The translations under genes were made by a program, and so were the position numbers. The notes under the pieces were generated by a model. That model was not told the origin of the DNA, ran no database searches, and saw only the letters and a list, made by a program, of their open reading frames with translations. 64,000 nt of DNA from Candidatus Aenigmatarchaeota archaeon (lineage in GTDB: Archaea > Aenigmatarchaeota > Aenigmatarchaeia > Aenigmatarchaeales > JACQIB01): positions 6,767 to 70,766 of the forward strand of contig JACQIB010000003.1 in assembly GCA_016198755.1 (NCBI GenBank). Reading direction: 5' to 3'. Below, piece after piece: positions 47,268 to 57,047 of the stretch (the stretch's first letter is position 1; every line of letters begins with the position of its first letter).

Positions 47268-48167
47268 ATGCTAAAGGGTAGTTTAGTAGAGGCTGTCGAG
47301 AATCTGCTGGAAAAGAATGATTATGTTACTTTCGGGTATTCTGGCTGTTTTGATTTGGCAGCTAGAAGGGAAAAAACACTTTTCCTGAAAGTTTTGCAGA
47401 ATGTGGATTCTTTTTCTGAAGCACAGTCAAATAGCCTGAAAATAATCTCAAATAACATAAATGCGACAGCCTTCCTTGTTGGACTGCATACGCGCAGGGA
47501 AAAGCTTGCAAAGGGTGTTGTATATGAGAGGTTTGATATACCAACTGTTTCAATGGAAACACTGAAAGAGATAATTGAGTTTGATGTTTTCCCAAAGTTC
47601 CAGAGGGATAGGGGAGGGTTTTATGTGGAGATAGATTCTGCTGCACTCAAGAAATTAAGAGTTCAGTCAGGCTTTACACAGAGAGAATTAGCAGAGGCTG
47701 TTGGAATAAGCAAGAAAGCAATTTACGAACATGAGAAAGAGCAATTAAGGATGGATTTGAGCATTGCTGAAAAGCTGGAAAAACTGCTTGAAGGGAAAAT
47801 AACAATGGAGTTTTCTCCCCAGAAATTTTCTGTTGGCAAATCAATACCCTCCTCAAAAATAGAAGGATCTGTGGCTTCAGCCCTCTCAAAGAAGGGATTT
47901 TCAGTTGATTTCGTTTCCTCTGCACCATTCGATATTTTTGCAAAAGAAAAGACCGTTATTGTTTCAGATGTGGAAAGGATTGGGGGAGGAAAGAGGACTC
48001 TTAATCTGGAAAGGTTCATAGCTGTAGTAAAAAAGCCCGCTTTTGTTGTTTCAGAGAAAAATACTGAAGAACACGCCGAAATACCTGTTATAGCAAGGAA
48101 AGAGCTGGGAAACATAAGCAAGGAAGAAATAATAAGAATTGCAAAAAGAGCAAAGGTACTGAAATGA
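47268..48167 (+). CDS. XRE-type HTH domain protein with flanking uncharacterised domains
   Basis: Central HTH_3 pattern LRVQSGFTQRELAEAVGISKKAIYEHEKEQ. Confidence 0.55.
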   Translation: MLKGSLVEAVENLLEKNDYVTFGYSGCFDLAARREKTLFLKVLQNVDSFSEAQSNSLKIISNNINATAFLVGLHTRREKLAKGVVYERFDIPTVSMETLKEIIEFDVFPKFQRDRGGFYVEIDSAALKKLRVQSGFTQRELAEAVGISKKAIYEHEKEQLRMDLSIAEKLEKLLEGKITMEFSPQKFSVGKSIPSSKIEGSVASALSKKGFSVDFVSSAPFDIFAKEKTVIVSDVERIGGGKRTLNLERFIAVVKKPAFVVSEKNTEEHAEIPVIARKELGNISKEEIIRIAKRAKVLK

Positions 48168-48610
48168 ATATAAACCTTGGAAACCAAGCTAATACTGGGG
48201 TGGGGATAATGAAAAGGGCTGTAAAAGGACAATTAAAGCAGTTTGAAGTTTTGTTGGAAAACAGGACAGGTGCAATGGCAGATTTGACTGAGGCTTTGGC
48301 AAGGAATGCTGTAAATATCAAAGCCATATCAACGCATGCCAATGGACCACAAGGAAAGGTCTTGCTTGTAACTGAGGATGATATGACAGCACGCGAAGCT
48401 CTGGAAAAATCAAAACATAGTTTTGTTGTTTCAGATATTCTCTCATTAGAATTATCAGACAGGCCAGGTGAGCTTGCAAAGATTTCAAGATTGCTTGCAA
48501 AAGCAGGTGTAAACATGGAATCTGTATATATTTTAGGAAACAGGGATGGTTCAACAGAAGTTGCCCTTAAAGTGAGTGATATAGCAGCTGCTAAAAAGGT
48601 ATTTTCATGA
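48164..48610 (+). CDS. ACT-domain protein
   Basis: Two ACT-like beta-alpha-beta-beta-alpha-beta units (LENRTGAMADLTEALARNAVNIKAIS; LSDRPGELAKISRLLAKAGVNMESV). 4-nt overlaps with both neighbours. Confidence 0.65.
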   Translation: MNINLGNQANTGVGIMKRAVKGQLKQFEVLLENRTGAMADLTEALARNAVNIKAISTHANGPQGKVLLVTEDDMTAREALEKSKHSFVVSDILSLELSDRPGELAKISRLLAKAGVNMESVYILGNRDGSTEVALKVSDIAAAKKVFS

Positions 48611-48984
48611 GGCACTTTGAGGTTACAATATCAAATAAAAAGGGTGCTCTATCAGAACTTTGCGAAACTTTAGCTGCAGGTAATGTAAATATACGGGCTA
48701 TAGCAGCTGAAGGTGAGGGAAAGAAGGGAAAGCTAAAGTTTGTTGTAGATAATGATTCTCTGGCAAAGCAGGCATTGAAACATGGTGGATACAAGTTTGT
48801 AGAGCATGAGATTCTGCCTATAAAAATGCTGGACAAGCCAGGTGAGCTTGCCCGCGTGGCAAAAGCCCTTTCCCATTTGGGTATAAACATAGAGTCTCTC
48901 TATATTTTAGGAAAAGAAAACGGTCAGACTGAAGTGGCATTTAAAGTATCTGATTTGCAAAAGGCTAAGAGTATTTTCGGCTAA
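48607..48984 (+). CDS. ACT-domain protein (paralog)
   Basis: ISNKKGALSELCETLAAGNVNIRAIAA and LDKPGELARVAKALSHLGINIESL. Confidence 0.65.
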   Translation: MRHFEVTISNKKGALSELCETLAAGNVNIRAIAAEGEGKKGKLKFVVDNDSLAKQALKHGGYKFVEHEILPIKMLDKPGELARVAKALSHLGINIESLYILGKENGQTEVAFKVSDLQKAKSIFG

Positions 48985-49022
48985 GTAGAAGACTTTTATT
49001 CTTTCTCTGCACAGATTTCTGC

Positions 49023-49182
49023 GGGCCGGTGGTCTAGTCCGGTATGACATCACCCTGACAGCAGTCAAACCATTATGTTTGTCTTGCGGAACGGTGGGAG
49101 TCGCAGGTTCAAAGGAGGAGAAACTACGTATCTCCCTCCACCCTCTCCCTTTGAGGGGCTGAAAATCCTGCCCGGCCCACCA
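49023..49182 (+). tRNA. tRNA-Val(GAC), two introns (37/38 and T-loop 59/60), CCA encoded
   Basis: Acceptor GGGCCGG/CCGGCCC. Anticodon stem TCACC/GGTGG, loop CTGACA[31 nt, 49061-49091]C, with GAC at 49057-49059. T arm GCAGG-TTCAAA[52 nt, 49114-49165]T-CCTGC with BHB helix TTCA:TGAA and bulges AAG/AAT. 77+31+52=160. Confidence 0.8.
49114..49165 (+). repeat. T-loop intron family B, copy in tRNA-Val(GAC)
   Basis: GGAGGAGAAACTACGTATCTCCCTCCACCCTCTCCCTTTGAGGGGCTGAAAA. 52 of 52 nt are identical to the copy in tRNA-Gly. Confidence 0.9.
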
Positions 49183-49217
49183 CCATATATTTATAGTATT
49201 TGTACAAACCATAGACC

Positions 49218-49847
49218 ATGGGAATAAGGTTTTTTTATATTATCTTGTTGTTGGTTGTTATAGCGGCTGGATGCACCAATCAGGGCGATTCCGAAAGAAA
49301 GGAGGCAGAGAAAGCGTACCAGAGCGCTGTGCTCAGCGGAGACCCGCAAAATTGCATGAAATTAAAATCATCTGATAGTCAATCTTGTATAACAAAAATA
49401 GCAGAAAACAAAAATGACATTTCAATCTGCGGAATGTTAGAATACAAATATAACTGTATAAGTAGCCTAGCAGTTAAAACAGGCGATGTTGTAGCTTGTT
49501 CACAGCTGGAGGCACAGAGCCAAATCAAGAACAACTGCTTTTTGGGTGCAGCTAACAGAATCTATGAAAAGTTGCATGGTAGAACAGCCTGTGCAGATTC
49601 CAAAGAAAACTTCCAAGAAACCAAAAAGCTTATAGGCTCGAAATATCCAGCAACTACATATGCAGAGAAAACCGTAGATAGATCAGAAGTTAGGGAGGCG
49701 AAAGGGTACATACTCATTTTCTGTTCTACTGGCTGGTCTGTAAGGGGTGAATATAGAGAAGTAATCGGGGACCTCTTTTTCAGTTCTGATGCAAAAGCTG
49801 CGATAAGCATATCAACTGGGGAGGTATTGGAAAACATACCAAGATAA
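49218..49847 (+). CDS. Lipobox-bearing hypothetical surface protein, Cys-rich
   Basis: Signal plus IAAGC; several spaced Cys residues. Confidence 0.5.
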   Translation: MGIRFFYIILLLVVIAAGCTNQGDSERKEAEKAYQSAVLSGDPQNCMKLKSSDSQSCITKIAENKNDISICGMLEYKYNCISSLAVKTGDVVACSQLEAQSQIKNNCFLGAANRIYEKLHGRTACADSKENFQETKKLIGSKYPATTYAEKTVDRSEVREAKGYILIFCSTGWSVRGEYREVIGDLFFSSDAKAAISISTGEVLENIPR

Positions 49848-49870
49848 CTTATTTTTAATCTGGTGTTCAA

Positions 49871-51118
49871 ATGGCAGATTGGATTGAAGTAAACACAGAC
49901 TTGCATTTTCATGGGAAGTTTGCAGGAGCTGTTTCTGAGAGGATGGTACCTGAAGTTATAGCTGAGCAGGCACCCCTGAAAGGTTTGCAATTGGTTTGTA
50001 CAGGAGATATTTTGCATGCAGGCTGGCAGAAGCTTGTGAAAGAACAGCTCTCCCAAGCAGAAGGCGGAATTATGGAGCACAAGAATGGTACAAAGTTTCT
50101 TTTGCAAACTGAGGTAGAAGATAACAATCGGGTACATCATATTGTTTTGTTTCCTGAGTGGAGTAAAGTTGAGGAAGTTAGGGAAAAGTTAAAGGGCAAA
50201 TGCAAGGATTTGGATTCTGATGGCAGGCAAAAGCTCTGGCTTTCAGGAGAGGAGATTGCTCAAATAGCTGTGGATGCTGGCTGTGAAGTTGGGTTTTCCC
50301 ATGCATTCACACCGTTTTTTGGGATTTATGCCCATTATAAATCATACAAGGATTGTTACAAGAGTTTAGCAGATAAAATACACTTTTGTGAGCTTGGTTT
50401 GTCAGCAGACACAAACATGGCTGATAGGATAGCAGAACTCCACAATCTAACTTTCACTAGCAATTCAGATGCTCATAGCCCTTGGCCCAATAAACTTGGG
50501 AGAGAGTTTAATAGATTGCAAATTAAGGAAATTAGCTTTGAAGAAGTTTCAAAAGCTCTTAGAAGAGAAAAAGATAGAAAGTGTATATTGAATGTAAAGT
50601 TTAATCCTGCTGAAGGCAAGTATAACCAAACGCGATGTATGGGCTGCCTTTTGTTTTTCAAAGTAAAGGATGCTGAAAGACTTGGCTGGCGCTGCCCCGA
50701 ATGCAAGAGGCCAATAAAGAAGGGTGTGGATCAGAGAATTGGGGAGCTGGCTGATATAGAAGAAGGAAAGCATCCGGACCACCGCCCAAAATGTTTGCAT
50801 ATAATTCCACTGACTGAAATAATAGCAATTGCAAACGGAATAAAGAATGCATGGTCACAGAAGGTTCAGGATATGTGGAAAATTTATGTGGATAGATTTG
50901 GAAACGAGATTAAAGCCTTAATAGACACACCAATAGAAGAGCTTGCTAAAATTGATTTGAAAACAGCAGAATTGGTTAAAGCTTTTCGCGAGGGAAAGTT
51001 CAGATATATACCGGGAGGGGCAGGGATTTATGGGATACCTGTTCCTCCAGGAAAACCATTAGAGATAAAATACTTTGAAAGCAAACAGGTTAGTTTAAAG
51101 AAGTTTAGCGTCCAGTGA
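49871..51118 (+). CDS. endoQ: Endonuclease Q (PHP-domain, zinc-finger DNA repair endonuclease)
   Basis: DLHFHGKF, GTGDILHAGW, EVEDNNRVHHIVLFP, SHAFTPFF, ELGLSADTNMAD, NSDAHSPWPNKLGREFN, CMGC...CPECK zinc ribbon, GGAGIYG. This layout matches archaeal EndoQ. Confidence 0.85.
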   Translation: MADWIEVNTDLHFHGKFAGAVSERMVPEVIAEQAPLKGLQLVCTGDILHAGWQKLVKEQLSQAEGGIMEHKNGTKFLLQTEVEDNNRVHHIVLFPEWSKVEEVREKLKGKCKDLDSDGRQKLWLSGEEIAQIAVDAGCEVGFSHAFTPFFGIYAHYKSYKDCYKSLADKIHFCELGLSADTNMADRIAELHNLTFTSNSDAHSPWPNKLGREFNRLQIKEISFEEVSKALRREKDRKCILNVKFNPAEGKYNQTRCMGCLLFFKVKDAERLGWRCPECKRPIKKGVDQRIGELADIEEGKHPDHRPKCLHIIPLTEIIAIANGIKNAWSQKVQDMWKIYVDRFGNEIKALIDTPIEELAKIDLKTAELVKAFREGKFRYIPGGAGIYGIPVPPGKPLEIKYFESKQVSLKKFSVQ

Positions 51119-52013
51119 CAGTAACAGACTTTACAATCTCGTCAAAATACCCGTATTTTGCTGTTATTGTTATTGGTGTAAGCTCTTTGCTCACAGGCAT
51201 CTTATCAGCAACAATATCGCATACAACTGTTGCACGTTTCTTTACAAGCTCAACTTCCTGGCTCCTGCAGTCTGATTGTATAGAAAGAGAAGAAACTGCA
51301 GATGGTATGCTTACATTCAGCAAAATCTTGTTTCTCTCACCTTCAGCAAGGGAAAGATCCGAAGAAGTTATTGAACCAGCTTTATAAACTCCCAATCCAT
51401 TCCCAACATCCTCTAAATCAATCTGCAAAGTAAAAGTGTCTCTTGCAAGTTCCACAACATACGGATCTGGTATTGATTTTATTGTTATCTTTACAGGTCC
51501 TCTCCCATAAGTGAACTTGCTTTTTTCACTGGTTTTTTCACCCAGAGGATATGCGTAAATCACACCGTTCACATCAGAAACATAGTCATAGTATATCCTT
51601 CCAGCTATATTATCAGGCCTTACCTGCCCCTTTGGTATCTGCGGTGCCTTCAGGCTCCACCTGAAAGATTGTGTATCGGCTGGTCTGTTTGTCGCAGGAT
51701 CAGAAGGTCTCAAATCCCTTGTGAAACTTTTATTCCTTTCCAAATCTGCTGGCCCCCAGTCTGTCGGAACAATAAGCCAAATCACACCAGAATCCTGCTT
51801 AACAACAGAATCTCCCTGATTTTCAATATTCATGGAAACAGAAACAGTTGAGTTGCTTCTTACAGTATCTGGCTGCAAAGCGAATTCAGTTATTTTTACT
51901 GTGTTGCCAGATGTGCCTGTTACAGGCGGTTGGCCTGTGCACCCTGCAACAGCTATTGCTGCTACAATAACAACCGCAAAAATTATTCTCTTGTCCATTT
52001 TCTCACATCTCAA
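51105..52013 (-). CDS. Lipobox surface protein, member of the repeated beta-rich module family
   Basis: Signal plus AVAGC. The likely start is the ATG at 51998, with a TATA-like box centred about 32 nt upstream. Ends with ...ITITAKYGYFDEIVKSVTVTGR, the module shared with neighbouring genes. Confidence 0.6.
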   Translation of the reverse strand: MRCEKMDKRIIFAVVIVAAIAVAGCTGQPPVTGTSGNTVKITEFALQPDTVRSNSTVSVSMNIENQGDSVVKQDSGVIWLIVPTDWGPADLERNKSFTRDLRPSDPATNRPADTQSFRWSLKAPQIPKGQVRPDNIAGRIYYDYVSDVNGVIYAYPLGEKTSEKSKFTYGRGPVKITIKSIPDPYVVELARDTFTLQIDLEDVGNGLGVYKAGSITSSDLSLAEGERNKILLNVSIPSAVSSLSIQSDCRSQEVELVKKRATVVCDIVADKMPVSKELTPITITAKYGYFDEIVKSVTVTGR

Positions 52014-52072
52014 TTAAGTAACCGCATATATAAATCCTTTCCCCAGAGCTTGAAAATATAACAGTGTTATAT

Positions 52073-52456
52073 CTAACCCAGCCCACCCCCAGGAAACAGA
52101 GGTCCAATACAGTTCATGCATGCATTTGCTATCAGAATTATAGTAAAAATAACAGCCAGAAAAATAAGCCAGTCCCTTCTCTTGAAGTAGGTTTCAGCAT
52201 ACCATATAACAAAAGCTGACCAAGCCACAAAATACCCTGCAAGAGGAACAATTGGATAGAAAACCATTTTAAACAGATCCAGTCCAATGTTCCATAATCC
52301 CCATTCAATCCCAGACCATGAAACAATAAGGAAAGCAAGTGCCCATCCAAACATCCATTCAGACCTTTTCTCTTTAGCCTCTTTCAACAGATACAGACAA
52401 ATTCCCATTGCAGCAAGGCTATAGGCAAGCCCAACAAAGAGCAGTTCACTGCCCAT
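52073..52456 (-). CDS. Small four-TM membrane protein
   Basis: 127 aa with four hydrophobic helices. Starts directly after the stop of the upstream gene (no gap). Confidence 0.55.
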   Translation of the reverse strand: MGSELLFVGLAYSLAAMGICLYLLKEAKEKRSEWMFGWALAFLIVSWSGIEWGLWNIGLDLFKMVFYPIVPLAGYFVAWSAFVIWYAETYFKRRDWLIFLAVIFTIILIANACMNCIGPLFPGGGLG

Positions 52457-53323
52457 TCAGCGCACCTGCTCAACCTTAACTTTTGTAGAACTGTCTATTC
52501 TGTACCTATAAGATCCGGAAAGCCTTAATGGTTCTGAAACAATTGGTGTTTTAGCAACAGTTGTAAACAGGCAGGTGGATTTTTTAGTAGCCCCCCTTGT
52601 TAATCCAATATCCACATTCAATCCCAATACCCCAGTCACTGGAGAATAGTCATCGCATCTTACAAGCTGCAAAGCATTCTTAGGATAGTCTATTAAAACA
52701 CTCCCTTCAGAAACTTTTCCCACAAGCCCCTTTCCATTGTTTTTATAGTCTATAAACATTGAGATGTTTCCCCCTTCCCTGAAAGGGAGAGATTTGGAAA
52801 ATGAAAAGTCAGCTAAAAACGGCCCAGCCCGTGTAAACTTTGTCTTCGGTATCTCTCCCAGAGAGTTTTCTTTATCCCTTCTCTCAAACTCCTCCTCCTG
52901 TAAAACTGTTACCGTTTGTACAGAAGAAAAGTTTCCAGTATACTCAGCTCTTATTTTCAGCTCACACTCCTGTTCAAAATCAATAGCTCCCAGCCTGTAC
53001 TTTGCTTTCATTATTTCTGTTCTATTTGCTTTTAACTTGGGAAAGAAAAACACCTGCTGTGTTGTGTTTACAAACAGGCAGGAATCATAAACATCTACCT
53101 TAGCATCCTGCAAATCAACTTTGGGCTTTAATAAAAGTGTTAAAGTAAAATCTTTATTTTCTCTTGCTGTTTCAATATGTTCAGCAGAAAGTGAAATCTC
53201 CTCCTTTTCTCCACCAGCAATCTCCCCTGTAAAGAACGCAAGCTGCCCCTCCTGACCAACGCAGCCAGCTATGAAAACAGCAGCTGCAACTACCCCAAAT
53301 AAAGCTATAATCCTTTTTTCCAT
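52457..53323 (-). CDS. Lipobox surface protein, repeated beta-rich module family
   Basis: Signal plus FIAGC. Modules end CELKIRAEYTGNFSSVQTVTV and LRLSGSYRYRIDSSTKVKV. Confidence 0.6.
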   Translation of the reverse strand: MEKRIIALFGVVAAAVFIAGCVGQEGQLAFFTGEIAGGEKEEISLSAEHIETARENKDFTLTLLLKPKVDLQDAKVDVYDSCLFVNTTQQVFFFPKLKANRTEIMKAKYRLGAIDFEQECELKIRAEYTGNFSSVQTVTVLQEEEFERRDKENSLGEIPKTKFTRAGPFLADFSFSKSLPFREGGNISMFIDYKNNGKGLVGKVSEGSVLIDYPKNALQLVRCDDYSPVTGVLGLNVDIGLTRGATKKSTCLFTTVAKTPIVSEPLRLSGSYRYRIDSSTKVKVEQVR

Positions 53324-53332
53324 TAAATCCCC

Positions 53333-54388
53333 TTAAACAGCAGGCTTTATGCTTACAGTAACAGTCCCGCGCATTTCGTAGTTGTATTCCATTTCCGCAC
53401 TCATAAAGAATTTTTTGCTTGTTCCCTCTTCCACAGTAGGCATTATAAACTTGCACTGAAGCTTTGGAGTTTTTTTAGCTGAAAACACAAGCTCTTCATT
53501 GTTTGTAAGTATCCAGTTATTCTGATCAATTCCAGTTCCTCTCTCCTTTGATGCTGAAAATTTATCACACGCTCCCTTATTTGGATCCCAGTCAAATTCT
53601 GCCGGAACCTTTAGCTTTAGCTGCCCAGGTTTTATACTTCCGTAAATTCCCTGTCCCTTGTTCTCAACCCATAAAAAGAAAACCATGTTCCTTTTGCTTT
53701 CCAGTGGCAGTGCGCCTGCTATGGGTGTTGCAGAATCTGCAAAGTAAATTTTCAAAGGCCCGCTGTCTATATTCTCTGTTGGTGAAAACTGCGGAGGTTT
53801 TCCAGCCCCTTCCAAAGTCCTTCTGTAAACAGGATCTATAACCTGTGTATCCATGCTTGTAACAGCTCTTGTAGTAAAGTTAAGCTTATAGTCTATAGCA
53901 CAGGATGCAGTTAACCCAGCAATTCTTTCCTTTGCTGGAGATGTTAAATCCAAATCCACAATCTCCTGCGCCCCAGGCCTCAAAACAGTTGAAAACTTAT
54001 TTCCATCCACAGTTTTTATAACAAACCCTGGGTAAACAGTCCCTACCTTTAAATCTGCAGCATTTCCCCCCCTTATTTTATCCAGTGTACAGACCCCAGT
54101 ATCCGTAATCCATACAGAAACAGCTCCAAGTTCTTTTGCTTTCTCAGGTTTTTCAGTGTTCGTTGCAGTAAACTGGACTCTAAACGGGGATTCTGTTATA
54201 ATTGGAGGAGAAGGATTAATAACTGGGGATGAAACAGCAATCAAATCGCTCCCGGCTTCCACAACTTTTACTTCTGTCTGGCCCTTTACTCCAGTATCCT
54301 GTACAGTGCAGCCAGCAGCAGCCAGCGCCAATATCAAAACAATTGCTAATGTTCCCTTCATTTTCATCAATCTCCATTCTGTTTGCAA
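53333..54388 (-). CDS. Lipobox surface protein, repeated beta-rich module family
   Basis: Signal plus AAAGC, with a likely start at 54361-54367. Modules end SCAIDYKLNFTTRAV and AEMEYNYEMRGTVTVSI. Confidence 0.6.
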   Translation of the reverse strand: MQTEWRLMKMKGTLAIVLILALAAAGCTVQDTGVKGQTEVKVVEAGSDLIAVSSPVINPSPPIITESPFRVQFTATNTEKPEKAKELGAVSVWITDTGVCTLDKIRGGNAADLKVGTVYPGFVIKTVDGNKFSTVLRPGAQEIVDLDLTSPAKERIAGLTASCAIDYKLNFTTRAVTSMDTQVIDPVYRRTLEGAGKPPQFSPTENIDSGPLKIYFADSATPIAGALPLESKRNMVFFLWVENKGQGIYGSIKPGQLKLKVPAEFDWDPNKGACDKFSASKERGTGIDQNNWILTNNEELVFSAKKTPKLQCKFIMPTVEEGTSKKFFMSAEMEYNYEMRGTVTVSIKPAV

Positions 54389-54399
54389 CTATAAAACCC

Positions 54400-56988
54400 T
54401 TACTGTGCAGGTGCCCTCTCAAGAGCCAGCTCAGCTCCTGTTATTGTGTTCTCAAACTGGTAGTCAAGATTTGCTGTTATAAGGTCTTTCTTTATGTTGG
54501 TTCCTTCCGGATACCTTATCTGGAGCACAACCTGCCCAATCTGTCCTGAATCCAAATCCTTCAAATTGTAGACTAGTTCTATATTTCCTGCTTTCAATGA
54601 ACTTGGTGAAGAAGCACTTTTCAATTCTGCTTTATCTGTTCTTACCTCAGTATAAGCAACTCCTTCAAATCCAAGTGTTGGAATAAATATATACAGTTTT
54701 CCATCTGTTATTTTTCCAGTTTTTTCCTTAAAATTGTTCCTTACATTTACAGTAACCAGCGTTTCCTCTCCATACCCAACAGGCTGTTGCGCAATGTTCA
54801 TATCTATTCCCACAGGCCCACCGCTGTACTTGCTGTCAGGCTTTAATTCTGCAGCAGTAAGTTTTTTATCCAGTATAAGTTGCTCCCTGTCAGATGGGCT
54901 AACAACTGTTATTGGCAGCGAAGCATTCGCAAAATAATCAAACCCATACGTTGCCTTTGCCCTTACAAGCCAGCCACCCATTTTATATCCAATTGCTCTA
55001 TACTCGAGCCCAAAATCATCCCTTAGAATAGTGCACTGCTCATTTGTTCCAGGGAAGTTTTTGTTTTCCAGCACATCTTTACAAGCTCCCTCACTGCCAA
55101 TAGGCTTTATTGTATCTGGTTTAACCTTTTTCTTTGTTTCTGTGCCAATTGTAACTGGCTCAGTATCACCCTTAAGGCAAACACAAGTATTCAGTTCCCT
55201 TCCAAGTGTTTTATCAGAACTCTCAAACCTAAAGTTCAAAATCCTTGTTTCCCCTTTCTGGAAAGGCAACTCCCATGTACACCCTCCATTTCCATCCTTC
55301 TTGAATAATTTTCCACCTCCACATGAGGTAAAGTTTCCAACAACCCCATCCAGCTTATTTTCAGCTCCAGCAGTTCCAGACTTTATACTTGTTTTTATCG
55401 GGTCTATAGCTATAATGTTCTCCAAATTAATTCCCACTCTTCTAATTGGAAAGTCCCCCTCATTCTTCAGCTGAAGACTTCCAACCAAAGGCTGCGTTGG
55501 ATCTATTGTAGTGGCAGCTTGTATAATGTTCATTTTCGCTGTCAATGCTTTATCAGACCCCTCTTTCTTCTGCGCCTTCCCGCATGGGTTCTGTTTTTTG
55601 TGCACTTCACATAGCACAGGATTTGCAGCGCAGTAAAACAGCTCATTTGTCTGGCAGCTTGTATCAGATATAATATCGCTAATAGGGTTCGCAACCACAC
55701 TCATTGCAGCATACACCTGCGGCCAATAGTCACCAAACACAGCATTTCCAACAGTTCCTGTTTGTGCAAAAGTGAAGGCAAGTATAGCGAAAACCATGAC
55801 TATAATTCCTATATATGGCCTTGCAGACCTGTCAGATATAGCCCCAACAATTATAGAAAATAGCATTACAATTCCTAGAGCAATCTGCACAGTTCCGGTA
55901 CCGCTCAATAAGGAAGATACGACAGGCAGCGCACCGAATGAAGCAAATCCAACAAACATTATAGATCCAGCTATTTTCCAGTTGTTGTGAACATCTTCAT
56001 CATTTAGAGCATCGTGTATAGATTTGCCTCCCACAAAGTTAATGGTGATTTTCAATGGTGCAATTACCTTACCATCTTTATCTCTTTCTATGTTCCTCGT
56101 TGGCATAACAACATAAAATGCTGTTGTAAGGAAGAACAAAGATAATGAAGGGTTCGCATCTTTAACAAAACCAAATATCACAAATAAGAGTACTATTACT
56201 ACAATAGATACGATACCCACATAACCATTTTTAGTAAGTGTAGTTATTGCCGATAAAGCAAATACTATAAGTATTGCTATTGGAATTAGTATCAAGTTGT
56301 TTCCCAAAGTGCCCCCCGAAAAAACAATCAATATTAAGATTGCCATTACAAAACCAAAGAACATCCTTGCCCAGGACTGTATTGCTTTGTAAGGCTCTGT
56401 AACTTCATAGCTCCCTGGAAGAGAGAAGTATGTAATAAAAAATACAACTATCGAAAGTATTGGGTGAATATAGTAAGTACCCCATCCTATAAACGAAGCA
56501 GCCAAAAGCTTCATGAATCCTCTCAGATAAAGGAAACCTAAATGTTCTGATCCAAGAGTCATTTTTGTAGTTACAAGTGTGTCAGGCGGTATCAGGGTGC
56601 CGCAATCATGACAGTGTTTTGCCATTTCTTCATTATCTGCATTGCAATAACTACAAATTTTTCCCCTTGGTTTTTGTTGTATAACATCATTTTCATCTGG
56701 GAGTAGAATAACAAACGCAAAAATTATTACACCTATGCCTATTAGAGCATATCCAAAAATAATAGCTACAACACCGCCTATAAGAAATATGACAAGTTCA
56801 AGTGCCCTTCTCTTCAATTTATCAGAAATCAGTTTTCCATGTTCTATTGCTTTTGGGCTTACATTACCATCTTCATATTGTTTTGTTCTCTCTCGCTGTA
56901 GAGTCAGGTCTGCTTTACATGCAGCATTAGGGCACACAGCAACTACGCCATTATTTGGTGTCCCACAAATAGTACAACTATGAGTCAT
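54400..56988 (-). CDS. Polytopic membrane protein with two N-terminal zinc ribbons and a large C-terminal extracytoplasmic region carrying the same beta-rich modules
   Basis: CTICG...CPNAAC and CSYCN...CHDCG. About 10-12 TM helices. A Cys-rich segment is followed by modules ending AKATYGFDYFANASLPITV and ANLDYQFENTITGAELAL. Confidence 0.65.
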   Translation of the reverse strand: MTHSCTICGTPNNGVVAVCPNAACKADLTLQRERTKQYEDGNVSPKAIEHGKLISDKLKRRALELVIFLIGGVVAIIFGYALIGIGVIIFAFVILLPDENDVIQQKPRGKICSYCNADNEEMAKHCHDCGTLIPPDTLVTTKMTLGSEHLGFLYLRGFMKLLAASFIGWGTYYIHPILSIVVFFITYFSLPGSYEVTEPYKAIQSWARMFFGFVMAILILIVFSGGTLGNNLILIPIAILIVFALSAITTLTKNGYVGIVSIVVIVLLFVIFGFVKDANPSLSLFFLTTAFYVVMPTRNIERDKDGKVIAPLKITINFVGGKSIHDALNDEDVHNNWKIAGSIMFVGFASFGALPVVSSLLSGTGTVQIALGIVMLFSIIVGAISDRSARPYIGIIVMVFAILAFTFAQTGTVGNAVFGDYWPQVYAAMSVVANPISDIISDTSCQTNELFYCAANPVLCEVHKKQNPCGKAQKKEGSDKALTAKMNIIQAATTIDPTQPLVGSLQLKNEGDFPIRRVGINLENIIAIDPIKTSIKSGTAGAENKLDGVVGNFTSCGGGKLFKKDGNGGCTWELPFQKGETRILNFRFESSDKTLGRELNTCVCLKGDTEPVTIGTETKKKVKPDTIKPIGSEGACKDVLENKNFPGTNEQCTILRDDFGLEYRAIGYKMGGWLVRAKATYGFDYFANASLPITVVSPSDREQLILDKKLTAAELKPDSKYSGGPVGIDMNIAQQPVGYGEETLVTVNVRNNFKEKTGKITDGKLYIFIPTLGFEGVAYTEVRTDKAELKSASSPSSLKAGNIELVYNLKDLDSGQIGQVVLQIRYPEGTNIKKDLITANLDYQFENTITGAELALERAPAQ

Positions 56989-57047
56989 CTTAAATCATCT
57001 ACAAAACTCTTAGGAGTGCAAGAACAAAAACCTTTGCTTTAGGGGAT

